Source: Welwitschia mirabilis (lineage: Eukaryota). Taken from it: a stretch of 20,000 nt of DNA. The position numbers were made by a program, and so were the translations under genes. The DNA lies in assembly GCA_051453625.1 (NCBI GenBank), contig JBOZIK010000001.1, positions 28,144,770-28,164,769 of the forward strand, in the 5' to 3' direction. Below, in pieces: positions 1-11,841 of the stretch. How positions within the stretch are numbered: position 1 is the stretch's first letter; every line of letters begins with the position of its first letter. The notes under the pieces are model-generated. The model did not search any database. It was not told where the DNA came from and worked only from the letters and a program-made list of their open reading frames with translations.

Positions 1-36
1 CAAAGAAATCTAAGTCTCGTCTCATAGTTTTCAACA

Positions 37-136
37 NNNNNNNNNNNNNNNNNNNNNNNNNNNNNNNNNNNNNNNNNNNNNNNNNNNNNNNNNNNNNNNN
101 NNNNNNNNNNNNNNNNNNNNNNNNNNNNNNNNNNNN
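37..136. other. Assembly gap (100 N)
   Basis: Run of exactly 100 N directly abutting an (AG)n tract. Confidence 0.99.

Positions 137-183
<47 letters not shown>
137..183 (+). repeat. (AG)n microsatellite, at least 23 units, truncated by the gap
   Basis: Perfect AG dinucleotide run seen directly. Confidence 0.98.
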
Positions 184-186
<3 letters not shown>

Positions 187-1341
187 TGAAATAGGATCAT
201 AATGTTTTTTATATATAATATTTTAAAAACATGGTCACCATCATGTCCCACTATAAGTATACTGAGGTAAACATTTCTAAGAAGAGCCTTTAGTAGCTAT
301 GAAAACTCCACTGAGAAGTTAGTTGGTCATGCTTTATGGGTCTTTACTTCTTTGATGGTGGTTGCACTCCCCTTATTATGGATACTAAACTAGTAAAAAA
401 AACTTTAAAACTATTAGATTAGTGGTGTTCTTGATGTCACCAGAGGCATTGCTTATTTCTTAGACTCTTAGCCCTTCTACATGCTCATTTCATTTCTTGA
501 TATTTGAATGTTTGTTTTGAGACAACAGTGGGTGAGTTCATTTTTTGAGTAATTCTTTGGTCAGATCATTCATTTTACCTTCAACATTATCATAATTACT
601 ACCTTCTCAAATGGAATTTTTCATACATCAAGTCATACATTTTTACATCAAGTGATGTTATCATTTCTTTCATGGGAATCTGCTAGGTTAAAATGTTAGG
701 TAGGTGGGCTATCTTTTACTTATATTATCTTATGTCCATTCTTTTTATTTTTTTTGTGGTTTAGTTAGCTATTTCAAAGTCATTACCATATTTTCTTTCT
801 TATTTGATTTTCCATATAAGTAGATTTTTTACTTAGTTGAGTTTCCTTAATAAATTTTATGATGTTTATTTTTTAATTTTTGGTAATGTAAGCATATTTG
901 AAATAATTTTTATGATGAAAACCTTTTATTATCCACTCTTTTTCTTTACTTGTTAAATATTTTATAGATCTATATTTTTCAAATTTGACATTACTCAGCT
1001 TTGCATTTCATTCAGAAAGTTGTCTTCTTTTACCTACCTTTGCACTCATGTCTACCTTTTTTAACTATATTTTCTAATATAAGATGTATTATTTTTCTTT
1101 TTGGGAAGGGGTAGAAACCCATTTCTCATGGCCCATTTTTAAAAAAATTTTAACTTAATTTAGATCTATTATAAGATAATTTTTTAAAAAAAATTTTATG
1201 CACATTATGCATTCCTTATTATTTATCTATGTGATGTATTTTATGAGTCAGTTTTATAATTCTTAAATTTATCTTTTAAAAAATAAATTAATTTGTAATT
1301 ATGTGTTCTTGCCTAGTTTTTATTAGGAACTGACAAAGGCT

Positions 1342-1351
1342 AAGTGGGAGG
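1342..1351 (+). promoter_or_regulatory. Polypurine tract (PPT) of copy C
   Basis: taggaactgacaaaggct-AAGTGGGAGG-cta-tattac resembles the Athila pre-LTR motif (GGACnnGCAAAAGCTAAGTnTGGGGGAG). The same context occurs in copies A and B. Confidence 0.65.
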
Positions 1352-1354
1352 CTA

Positions 1355-2408
1355 TATTACACTACCAATTTGTGGTTATTTGATGAGTTTTTCAAACTAT
1401 TTTACTAGACATTTATATAGGTCTAGGTGCAATTATGAGGATTTTGAAGATATAATAGATGATATCAGAAATGTGCAATTCTTACCTAGATTTAATGCAT
1501 TTAAGGCACATTCTAATGCACAATAATTTGGAGGAAGAGTACTACTAAAAGTGTTAAGTTTTTCTCAACAAAATGATTGAAAAAGACCATCGTTTCCTTT
1601 TTCATCCAGATAGCAAGTAGGATAATGATATCACTACTTGCTAACTTGGACTAATGAATTACTACTGAGTCATCATTCTAAGTTATCTTCTATGATGATT
1701 TTTCATCCCCTTCATCATCCAGATAATACCCAAGAGAACATTGACATGTAACCAACTCTGACAACTGATCCTTGACCATTTCGTATCTTTCTTATCTATA
1801 ATAAGTGCATCTTACCATGCCTTCTATCTATCCTTTCTGCTATGAGTTGTTATATATATGTTCCCCTTTAATACTTCTTCTCATCTTCATTGTACTAGAG
1901 ATTCTTATGACAGAATACTAAAGAACAACAGATAGATCTCAAGTATTGTAGAAAGATGTTTTCTTAGTGAAGGGCTATGTATCCTCCATTGAGGCCTACT
2001 AAACTTTGTCTTATTTTCATGTTTATATGTTAGATTATTAGATGATCCTTATGGTTTATATTGCCCTTGATCTAGTGACAATCTCTTGGGTGATATAAAT
2101 CATCAAGAGCAGCCTTTGTCAAGGCTAAGAGAAAGTAATATTAGGATCATTTTGCATTGCATATTAAATTAAGGTCACATCTTGGATTTGCATTGTACTT
2201 TATTTTCTTGAATTATTCTTTATTTTTGGTTCCTATTCACATTTACATAAGTAATTCTAGTCTCATCTCATAGCCTTTAATGAAAATATGACATTTCAGG
2301 TTTACTTCCACTCATACTAGTATGATGTATTGTGTGAGATATCTATTTATTTTATGAATTACAAAATCCTTTTAAACTTAAGTTCTTGTACAAATACACA
2401 CCATAATA
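1355..2408 (+). repeat. 3' LTR of copy C (~1.05 kb; termini decayed from TG..CA to TA..TA)
   Basis: Starts tattac (B: tgttac; A: tgctac) after the PPT. Ends aaatacacaccataata, matching the LTR end aaatacacactacaaca next to the PBS of A. Internal blocks match the B LTR (ggctatgtatcctccattgagg vs ggctgtgtatccttcattgagg). Confidence 0.8.
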
Positions 2409-2698
2409 GTTAGCATAAGATCTTCTATCATTTATACTATCCTTTAGATGGTAAAGTGGATGATGATCTTTGTAAAGATGTTTTTTGTATTAAATCAGCC
2501 TTTTTAATTGTAGGATTACTTTTCAGATATAAAGTGTTATAAATTTCTAGAAATATTATTAAACATAATGAAGATTGAATGTTTTTGTGATATTTAACTT
2601 AACTCTCTATCATCATTAAAATTTAGCATAAACCTATTTAATTTCCTAAAAAATAACTCAAAACAACTATTAAATACATATAATTTAACAATGTAGCA
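2409..2698 (-). repeat. Remnant (first ~290 bp) of the 3' LTR of copy A, cut by copy C
   Basis: Direct homologue of 11540-11828 (ttagcataaacctatttaa in both). The minus strand begins TGCTAC just after the PPT. Confidence 0.78.
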
Positions 2699-2701
2699 TA
2701 A

Positions 2702-2711
2702 TCTTCCACTT
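2702..2711 (-). promoter_or_regulatory. PPT of copy A
   Basis: Minus strand reads aagcct-AAGTGGAAGA-tta-TGctac, positionally homologous to the PPTs of C and B. Confidence 0.6.
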
Positions 2712-3269
2712 AGGCTTATTAGTACTTGACAAGAACAATTATGATTATGAGATAAGTGGACTAATAAGAAATTGATTAGAGAACTATAAATTAAATTAAA
2801 AAATAATCTTAGAAACCTTATAATGTAGAATAGTAATATTAGAAATAGATAACTGAATGTTTCACTTATGTAGAGTAAGTGGTTGCATTGTCATACTGAT
2901 GATTATCTATATGATAAAAGGGATGATATGTTTAAAAATTATTCTTAAAAAATAAAATCCTACAAAAAATTTTCTAGAAAGACAAAACATTAAGACATAA
3001 TAATATTAATAACCCTCAACTCAATGTTCAATATATCATGAAAAATAATCATGTGTAACAAGAAAAAAATCATCATAATAAAATGTCTCAATAATATGTA
3101 AATGATGTATAATAATATCTCAAAAATAAAAGATGGACATCATAATAATACTAAAAAAGCCATTTCTATATAAAATCATGATTTTTTAATATAATCCATG
3201 GAGGAAAGATACATATTACAACATAATAAATCACTTTCCTTATCATGCCAAAATAAATTCCTCATATGC

Positions 3270-4465
3270 AGTAGGCTTAGGTATAGGTGATCTATATAGA
3301 AATGATGATTAAGGATTATCATGATGGAGTGCATACTCTCATTTCCTTGTACACTAACTTCCGTTGGGATGTCAATTATTACATAGTACTCAATGCATAA
3401 TATACGTTGACATATATTAGTTAGCTACTCTTTAGTGTTCTAAACTCTCCTCTTAATTTTAGGTATCCTTTATTATAGTTGAGTAAAGCCTCAGTTCATG
3501 GCCTCTCTAAGACCCTATGCTATGTCTATCAAGAGTGCCTATATCTACTCAATACGAATGCCAACTATAGGCCTCTATATCAAAGGTCTCTATTCCTCTT
3601 CTAAAATCTGGATGTCCATATCCTATAGGTAATGAACTAATGATTGTAAATGTGTAAATATCTACTCATCCATAAGCTCAAGTGTACTAAATCATTTGAG
3701 CATAGCTGAGAGAAGATATGGATATCCTAGATTCTATAGCTGTCAAGCCTCAATTATGGTCCTCAGTTTTCTTCAAATAAAATTTGATAAGTCCATCTAT
3801 TCCCCTTATATAAATACTACTAACATCTATAAATGGGCCATCATGGAATGACTATTATGGAATAATGAACTAATGTTATGGATTAATCCTCTATAAATAA
3901 TTTGATATGTAGGTAATAGATGTGTTATTAAAATTCCTTACCTATCACTAATAACATTAGCTAGGTTATCTATTGTTGTTCCATAAGCACGATGCTCCTT
4001 TGTACTGCCAGTTGAATGAATGTGTGTACTCCCAATTCATCTAAGTCAGTAATAGCAATGATGTAATTAAGGAGGATAAATATATTAGGGCTACAGATAG
4101 TAGTTATAATCATGTCAACTAGGTAGTCACGAGCATCAAATTGCCTCTCAAAGTGCATGGTTTCATAAAAATCTTCAATATCTAAGGCATAACAAGTTTT
4201 ATGTGCATCAAAAATTTACCTAAGATGATTATTTTTTAATCTTGATTTATCTTTGATACTAATTAACTCATATAATTATCAAAATGCCTCTCAACTTAAA
4301 TAGAGATTGTCTAAATGGAATGGGATTGCACCTAGAAATATGAAGGATGAACTGGCTCTGCATGCTCAATCTCAGGTGGTATTAATGGGATCACCTCTTT
4401 TTCACATTCCTTAGCCTCTATCTTAGCCTATCTCACTCATCATGTACATGGCCTAATTAGTCATA
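3270..4465 (-). pseudogene. Degenerate 3' extra ('env-like') ORF of the Athila-like element, about 390 codons
   Basis: Manual translation across stops and frameshifts gives VERHFD...CYALDIEDFYETMHF...LLPTYQIIYRGLIHNISSLFHNSHSMMAHL*MLVVFI*GE*MDLSNFI*RKL...NLGYPYLLSAML, then a coiled-coil-like tail. This resembles the Athila extra-ORF/plant transposon protein pattern (EFY...L.P..H....LL...G..IDLG..I...LP[FY]P.L[IL]T.L). Includes listed ORF 3970-4158. Confidence 0.7.
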
Positions 4466-5824
4466 AACATAAAGTGCATTACATAAGATTAAGTGGAAAT
4501 CACTAAAATGGATCTCATAACAACACTAAATGACCTAATAAATTGATTTTCAATGACCCCATAAATTGGATTTTATGTGTGAATATTATGAAAATATGTC
4601 CTGTCCTCCTCTTGAGAGAATCAATACATCCCATATTGCCTAGTTCTATGAAGAAAAAGTGCAAAACATGAGAAAATTCAAAACTTGGAAAATAGGTGCA
4701 CCCTAAAAAATTTCAAAAATGAAGTAATTAAATCAAAAATTTAATTAAGTAAAATGGTAGAGCTCATTGTACTGATCAATTTACCTATACAGACCACTAC
4801 ATTTTAACTTATGATTTTTAAGGAAATGAGTTTTAAAGATAAAAACCTAATTCAACTTCATAAAATGAACAAATTTAAACATCTCATAAAATTTCCAGTG
4901 AAAATTAAAATTTTAAGCACCAAATTGAAGAGCATGAAAAAATGATTAATATACATGAAACCTACATGCTAAAAGGTTAAAAAATCAGAGAAAAAACCAA
5001 AAATAATAAGGTAGGCAAAAACATATTTTAGTTTAAAAAATTTACTGAAATCTCACAATCTAGGATACTAAATTCATGAGTGAAAGATCCAAATGTCAAT
5101 GGATCCTAGTGTAATAATCATCTCTCAAAATAATGGACAAAAATAATGGAAGAATGAAAAAAAATGGTGGAAAAAAGGTTAGGCCATGGTTGTATTACAC
5201 TATTATCTGGTTGCATCATCTAGATGACAGTGTTAGGATGACTATTAGAAAAATCTAATCTATCATTTGCCTTATTGTTCAAATGACATGGTGGATGATG
5301 AAACTTTCAAAAAGTTTAGAAAAATTAATATGTTAGCTAAATAATTTAGGCTTAAATATTCATGTGAACGTATCAGAATTTATTTAAAAATCTAAAATAT
5401 AGGGAATGATGAAGAATCATGATGAATAAGGATAAGGAATAAGAAAAAACAACAAAAATTAAAAGATAGGATAATGAAAATACAATAAATAGGATAAAGC
5501 TTAATTAAAAAGATGAACAAATGTGATCAAACTAAAAAATAATCATGAAAATACATAGAACTTCAAAATATTAAAATGAACAACATAAAAATGAAATAAA
5601 ATCATCTAAGCATAAGAGAATATGATCTAGTCAAAATTTTAAAAGGAAGTCAACTTTTATTGATAAAATAAAATGAGAAAAAAATAAAAGTAACAACAAA
5701 GAGACTACTAAATAATAAGGTCCTAAAAATGATAATGAAAAAGTATGAAAATAAATTTGAAATAATAAATCAAATAACTAAAGAATGAAAATGGATAACT
5801 AAGAACATGAAAAAGATAATGTAT

Positions 5825-6631
5825 CTCTCCTAAATTATAACCTATCAAATCCCTTTAAAAGATATTATAAAGTTAGCTAAGTAAAGATGCACAATAAAAC
5901 ATATCAACTTCATAAAGTTCCACTCAAAAAAGTAATGATTATGACAACATTAAAGATCAAGTGCTATAAACAATAAATGATAAGACCAAAAGCCACTTAG
6001 AAATGAATTCATCTACTCACACCTAAAAACACATTTAAATCCTAAAAAGTGAAATGATCATGTGGGAATACTAAAATTCTAGAAAATAAAAAATGCCTCT
6101 TATGACATCAGAAATTCCACTGATCCCATAGCCTCAAATTTTTATTACTACTTTGCATGATGATGGAAGTGCAATCATAGTCTGAGAAGTAAGAACCTAT
6201 GAAGCATGAATAAATAATTCCTTAGTGAAGTTCCCTTAGCTACCAATACTACCAAATATTTATTTTGAAAAAATTTTCACTAGTGTAATAGGACATCATG
6301 GTGATCATGTATTAAAACAAAAATACAATAGATCATGATCATTATTCTTTTATATATTTATATATATCTTTTTTAAAATAATTTTCATATGACCAGGCAT
6401 GCAAAAAAACAAAGTTAAAAAGTGAGATAAAATATAGAAAAGAACCCATCTAAATAATTAATGACCTCATACAATTGAAAAAAATAGAATAATAAAGACA
6501 ACTTATTTCAAAATGAAGTTCATAGATATGTGAATTTCTTAAAATTAGGTGAACCCAATCTTATTATTATAAAATGTTCAAATACAAATAGTAGTCATGG
6601 AAACTTTATAAAGCAAACACATAAGTCAAGT
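5825..6631 (-). repeat. Non-coding post-pol block shared by copies A, B (12500-13302) and C (184-700, inverted)
   Basis: Collinear matches such as aaaagtgaaatgat(c/g)atgtgggaatactaa, tttattactacttt(g/t)catgatga and gaaactttataaag..aacacataagtcaagt. Confidence 0.9.
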
Positions 6632-7149
6632 GAAAAAGATTAGTAAAAAAATTAGAAATTAAAGAATTTAAAGAAATATTCTTAGAAGGAATGATTAAAA
6701 AAGGTTTAATGTAGTTAATAAGTTCTTTAAGTCTTAGCTTGAAATATGGATTATCAAAAAGAGGGATTTTCTACATTTTTGAAGTCTACAATTTTTCAAG
6801 TCATACCTTTCAAAATATTTATCATTATAAGCTAAAATGAACTTGGTAGAAATAGGAAAGATGTTTTTTTGAATATTTTTAAAAGAATGAAATGAAGAAA
6901 CATGGGAATATTTTCTAAATTAGATTGTTACATTGGAAAGGATATTAAGTTTGATTAAGATTTTATGGGTTTTTCATTATTCCTCATTTCTTCATTGCTA
7001 TTTTTAATCTTATTGTGTTGAATATTGTTTGTACCTTTCTAATCAATAATTGTATCTTTTCTTTTTTCATTGTTCTTATTTTTCTTTTGCTAATTTCTTA
7101 TTTTTTTTAACTATTGTCCTACTTTGTCATGTAGATGATAGGAGTGAGT

Positions 7150-9409
7150 GATGAGGCTTTTAATAAAAATTTTCAACTAAGTTTACATGTTAAACTTCTT
7201 TTGTATTAATAAATTTTACTTCTTCATTCTCATGATTAGGACTATCTATTTATGTTAGAATTTGTGCAAAGTTAATTCATGTAGTGTTTTTAATCTCATG
7301 TTAACTTGGTGATGTTGTAAAAATTAAGTTAGTTTAATTCTTTTTCTTAAATTTTCCTCATCACTCATATCTTTCTTTATAGCATCAACAACACTGATAG
7401 TATATCTCTTGTTATCAATGTGACATTCCATTAATTCTATTTATGTGTTTATGATGTAATAAGTGGTTGTACAAAGGCTCTTTTAAAATTAGTGGGTAAC
7501 ATCCATCATGTTGTGCTTTAATTATAACCATATTTATGGCATAGTAGGATTATTCTATTTTGATAACTAAGTTTATAATGTTCCCTACATGTTTTGTAAT
7601 TGAAGTGTTAACGACTTATAATATAATTTGAGTAGGTTCAATCTTTTCCTCTAACTCAAATCGTTTATAAATGTTAAGATGCATGATGTCAACACTTGCT
7701 TCAATATTAATTAAAGATTTTGTAGTTTTCTTTTTCTCTTCTAAAGTAACACTTACTATTTATACCCTAGTTTATTTAAATTTAGGTAAGTTTTATATAA
7801 CTAAGTTGGAAATAGATTGAATAATGAAAACTCTATAAGAAATAGTATGTCTTTGTTTTCTTTTAAGCAGGTTTTTTCACAACTTAGCATACTTAAGATT
7901 TTCTTATAAGAGGTTTAAAAAGGATAAGTTGTTATTATTATCTTACATTAATTTCTCTTCGGAGTGGAATCTAAATTTATTTTAGGAATAGCTTATCTTT
8001 TCCTTTTGTTATTTCATGAAGGCTGACATAAAGTTGAAGGAAAAGTATATGTTTTTAATATTTCTATATCATCCTCTTCCTCATCTTTCTCATCATTTTT
8101 CAAAGTTTAAGTATTATGGATTAGTGGTATTATATCAACTATTTTACAATCTATTTTTACTTATTTGAATTGGAAAAAGTTTGAGTTGCGAGAGATCCTT
8201 ATGATCTTTGAATGCGTAAGATTATTTGTTGAAACACATTAATGAAATTTTTAATGTATTTACTTTGATTTTAAATAGTTCTGTTAGTTTTTCTCAACTT
8301 TTTCATTAGATCATTTTTATTTTATTAATTTGAGAAGCTTGATTTGAAGTTGTTTGATTGAAATTTTAAATCACTAAATCTACTCTCAAAATGTTTTCAA
8401 TTATTTTACTCACTAATTTCTTATTGATACTGCATTTGGTTTTGAAGAGTAAGAGGCTTTTAATTAGATGTACATAATGCTTTAAGTATTTTCTCTTTAT
8501 ATGTTGGCAATAAGGGGTACTATTTTGTTACATGATAGTTATCTTTACATATATTACATGTTAATGTTACATTCTTTTCATTTGTTACTTTTGCATCTAA
8601 AATCGTTTGAGTGTATATCTCTAGATAAGTAATAAAATTAATTTGTTGAATTATTTTGTTCTTCCTCATTATCATCTTTTTCATCTTTTAACTTCTATAT
8701 CATTTAACCTATAGTTTAATTTTCTTTAAAAGTTGATTTAGATCAAGATTAACTAATTTCAACAAGATCTTCTAATAATATCCATGCATTTTCTAAATTT
8801 AAATTCATCAAATTTTCACCAAATGAAAAATATAAAAGTTATTTATTTTTCCTATTTAATTAATGGTGAAAATAATATATTAGTTTTTCTTTAAGGAATT
8901 CATTAATAGGATTGGAATGAGATGATATAATGAATTGTTCATATGTTGTAGCATAATACTCATTAGGTTATCATTGGAAATTTATGACTTCTTTTGTTCT
9001 TTTTCTTATTGTACTCTTACTTATAAATCTTTTGATAAAAGCACCTTAAATTTAACTACAGTTTTAAGAATTTTATAAGGTATAGTTTGAAGCCAAAGTT
9101 TTTTTCTATCTCTATGTGTGATAGAAAAGATAATTATGTAAGTGCTATTACTAATTCATTTGTTTTCATTTCTTAAAGTAAGCACTAATTTTCTATGTGG
9201 GCGAGATGTTGAAAGGACTTTTCATTAGATTTCCCTAAAAATGTTAGATAAGAATTTAAGATTTTTAACACTATAATATTACTAGGAGGTAAGTCAAAAG
9301 GGTTTTAAATCTTATGTTCTTTATGGGTAATTATATCTTTAAGTTTAACATTTACATTAAATGTATTTTTATTAGGACTTTTTACCATGATTGGGGTATT
9401 AAATGACAT
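7150..9409 (-). pseudogene. gag: Degenerate gag-aspartic protease of copy A
   Basis: From a candidate ATG at 9409: TFLGKSNEKSFQHL...RKKLWLQTIP...VINFQ**PNEYYATTYEQF...FGENLMNLNLENAWILLEDL (retrotransposon gag pattern). Protease SLINIEASVDIM at ~7683-7718 (decayed DxGAS) and YPLILK at ~7485-7500. Confidence 0.82.
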
Positions 9410-10102
9410 TGCTTATCTTTGCTTTTACATTGTATTCAAAATATATTAAAAAATGATTTTCTTCCATACTATTACTTTCTTTTAAAAAAGTTAAATTCTA
9501 AGTTAATCAAAACTAAAAAAAATTTCAACTCTTAGAATTGTTTATGTACCTGATGTGTGTGTAGCTGGGTTAATCTCATAGTCAACTAGACCTTCTTTGA
9601 TATTTTTCTCGATTAGGCTCTGCTTCCTTAAATACTTTATCTTTTTATCCAAGTGCATCATTTTGATACATATTCAATGATGTTTTTACAAATGTCATTT
9701 CTATCATCATCTAAATGAGTACCTAAATAACTATATAGAAAAAAATAAAAAACAAAAAAACAAAAATAGAGAAACACAAAAACAAAAACTAACAATCATT
9801 CACATGAGTCATCTACATGATAGATAAGATGATATTGATTTCTTCTATAGTGAAAAGCAAAAAACAAAAATATATAAAAAATCTTTAAAAAACACTAAAA
9901 CTAGGCCATTATCCCATGTGTCATCTATACAATAGAAAGGATGATAGACTCAAAAAATGTGCAATGAAAAATGTGGAAAATTCTAGAAAAAAAAAAGCTC
10001 TAATAGTTATAGTAAAAATACAATTCTATCATAAAGAAATACTTGAATTGAAATATAAAGTATGCATCTAGGTAATATTAATTGCTAAAATTCTTATGAC
10101 CT

Positions 10103-10120
10103 TCTTTGGTAATGGTGCCA
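10103..10120 (-). promoter_or_regulatory. Primer-binding site, decayed tRNA-Asp type (Athila)
   Basis: Minus strand TGGCACCATTACCAAAGA vs the canonical Athila PBS TGGCGCCGTTGCCGGGGA: six differences, all G-to-A. It lies 3 nt from the LTR end ...CAACA at 10124. Confidence 0.8.
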
Positions 10121-10123
10121 AGA

Positions 10124-10566
10124 TGTTGTAGTGTGTATTTATGCAAATGTTATGTCCTTAGTCACATCTATCAATCACAAATATATGCATAAATACAACA
10201 CACTAATATTGATAAGAGTAAATTCAAACATGATAATCTATCAAAGGAGCTATGCAAGAATAAAGAGAATTGATTTTTATAAAGTAAAAGTTTAAAATAA
10301 AAATCAATAATTCAAGAAAAGTAAACATACTATGAACATGAAATGAAATGCAAACTACTATAAACATAATACCTAACTAACTACGAAATCGTTTTCACTA
10401 AGATTGGCCCTTTATAACATAGATCAATCAAGGAAACTATTACTAAATAAAACCAATGTAGGATATCAAGTGCAATATGAAAACCATGTAATAATTTATC
10501 TATATAATAAAAAATGCAATGCGAGTTTGTAAACTAAGGTTTTCAACCTCAGCAAAGGTTGCCCTT
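10124..10566 (-). repeat. Remnant (last 443 bp) of the 5' LTR of copy A, cut by copy B
   Basis: Begins TGTTGTAG next to the PBS and is repeated directly at 10567-~11030 (tattgtagtg...cactaatat.gataaga...taaacatactatg...aaaggtt). Confidence 0.82.
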
Positions 10567-11828
10567 TATTGTAGTGCATATTTGTACAAATGTTAAATCC
10601 TCAAATAAATCTTGTAAATTATAAATATATATATTTTGCATAATAAAATACACTAATATAGATAAGATTAATTTAATATCATATTCTTATTAAAGGCATA
10701 AGTGAGAAAAAAGAGAATTTATTTCATAAATGAAATACTGTATCCTTATAGTAGAATAAATAACAATGTAAAATAACAATGTAAATAAACATACTATGCA
10801 AATGAAATGTAAGACTAAACTAAATGCAACTTCTATTCAATTACTAAATTAACTTCTCATGGAGATTAACCCATATAATATGGGTCAACCAAAAAAATCC
10901 ATTACTAGATTAAGATCAACTTAAGTTATCAGATACATCAAACAGAATATGAAAATAATGCAAAGTTAATATAGAACATGTAATGCATTGCATCTAAACT
11001 AATAATTTTAATCTTAGGAAAGGTTTCTCTTGTGATCTATATCATCAAAGAAGATATCACAGAATCAAAGGCAACATAAATCATAAGAAAGATGCACAAA
11101 ATAAAAGATATAAAAAGAAACATAGAGTTTTGATTAAAAGTAAATAAACATCCATGCTACAAGTCAACAGGACCTCAATGAAGGATACACAGCCTAACAC
11201 CAAGAAAGATATCTCACTACAATAATAATGAATGTACCTCTAGCCCTTGAATCTCTTGTCATAAGAATTTCTTATGTAAATAAAGATAAAATTGAAGGAA
11301 AAGTTGAAGGATGTATGTATTACAAAATAGACTCTAAAATTAGAAAATACTAACAGATATGAAAACAACCCTAAAAATTATGCAAGAAATTATAAAATAA
11401 ATGGCCAGAGATTGGTGAATTTTGATGAAGGATTTATCTCAAATATTATCCTATTGATTGTCTGGAATTCATAAGAAATGATGTAACTTTATAAGAGTTC
11501 CACATCAGTTACTAGATTAATCCATTTCACATCCTTTTTATCTTAAGTATTTTTGTCATCCATATCATTCTCTAGATGATGAGGTGGATGATAGGTTTTT
11601 CTAAAGTATTCTATGTGTGACATTATCCTTTTTTATTATAGGACTATTATTTTACATTGAAAGTATTATAAATTGCTTTAAATGCTATCAAATGTAATGA
11701 AGATTACATGTTTTTATGACATTTTCTTTATCTCTTCAATATTGTTGTAACTTAGCATAAACCTATTTAATGTCCTACAAAACTACTCAAAATACCTTAG
11801 TAAATATATGTAATTTGGTACCGTAACA
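10567..11828 (-). repeat. 3' LTR of copy B (~1.26 kb)
   Basis: Minus strand starts TGTTAC after the PPT and ends cactacaata (CA to TA). Homologous along its length to LTR C and to both A stubs. Confidence 0.82.
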
Positions 11829-11831
11829 TAG

Positions 11832-11841
11832 CCATTCACTT
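11832..11841 (-). promoter_or_regulatory. PPT of copy B (decayed)
   Basis: Minus strand reads ttagggactgataaggat-AAGTGAATGG-cta-TGttac. Confidence 0.55.

Larger units (their letters stand above)
184..2408 (+). mobile_element. Copy C: 3' internal region plus 3' LTR of an Athila-like Ty3/Gypsy LTR retrotransposon
   Basis: 184-700 is the reverse-complement homologue of 12500-13020 and 5825-6350 (e.g. gttgcactcccc vs ggggagtgcaacc; gaggcattgcttatttcttagactcttag vs ctaagagtctaataaataagcaatgcc). 1250-2408 is the reverse-complement homologue of 11940-10567. Confidence 0.85.
2409..10566 (-). mobile_element. Copy A: internally deleted Athila-like element (LTR stub-PBS-gag-PR-[no RT/RH/INT]-extra ORF-PPT-LTR stub)
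   Basis: PBS at 10103-10120, gag and protease motifs at 7150-9409, extra ORF at 3270-4465, PPT and LTR start at 2698-2711. Homology to B stops at ~7110 (=16270) and resumes at 6631 (=13302). Confidence 0.82.

Noticed and set aside
1344..1526. 60-aa plus-strand ORF
   Set aside because: Spans the PPT and LTR start of copy C, so it is a chance frame in non-coding LTR sequence.
4530..4575. Two ~24-bp direct repeats (aatgacc..ataaattg.atttt)
   Set aside because: Short local duplication in a TE non-coding region with no evidence of function.
10124..11030. Apparent ~445-bp tandem duplication within a single long LTR
   Set aside because: The second unit starts at the exact LTR terminus and continues as a full LTR, and LTR C has no such duplication. 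Nested insertion explains it better.
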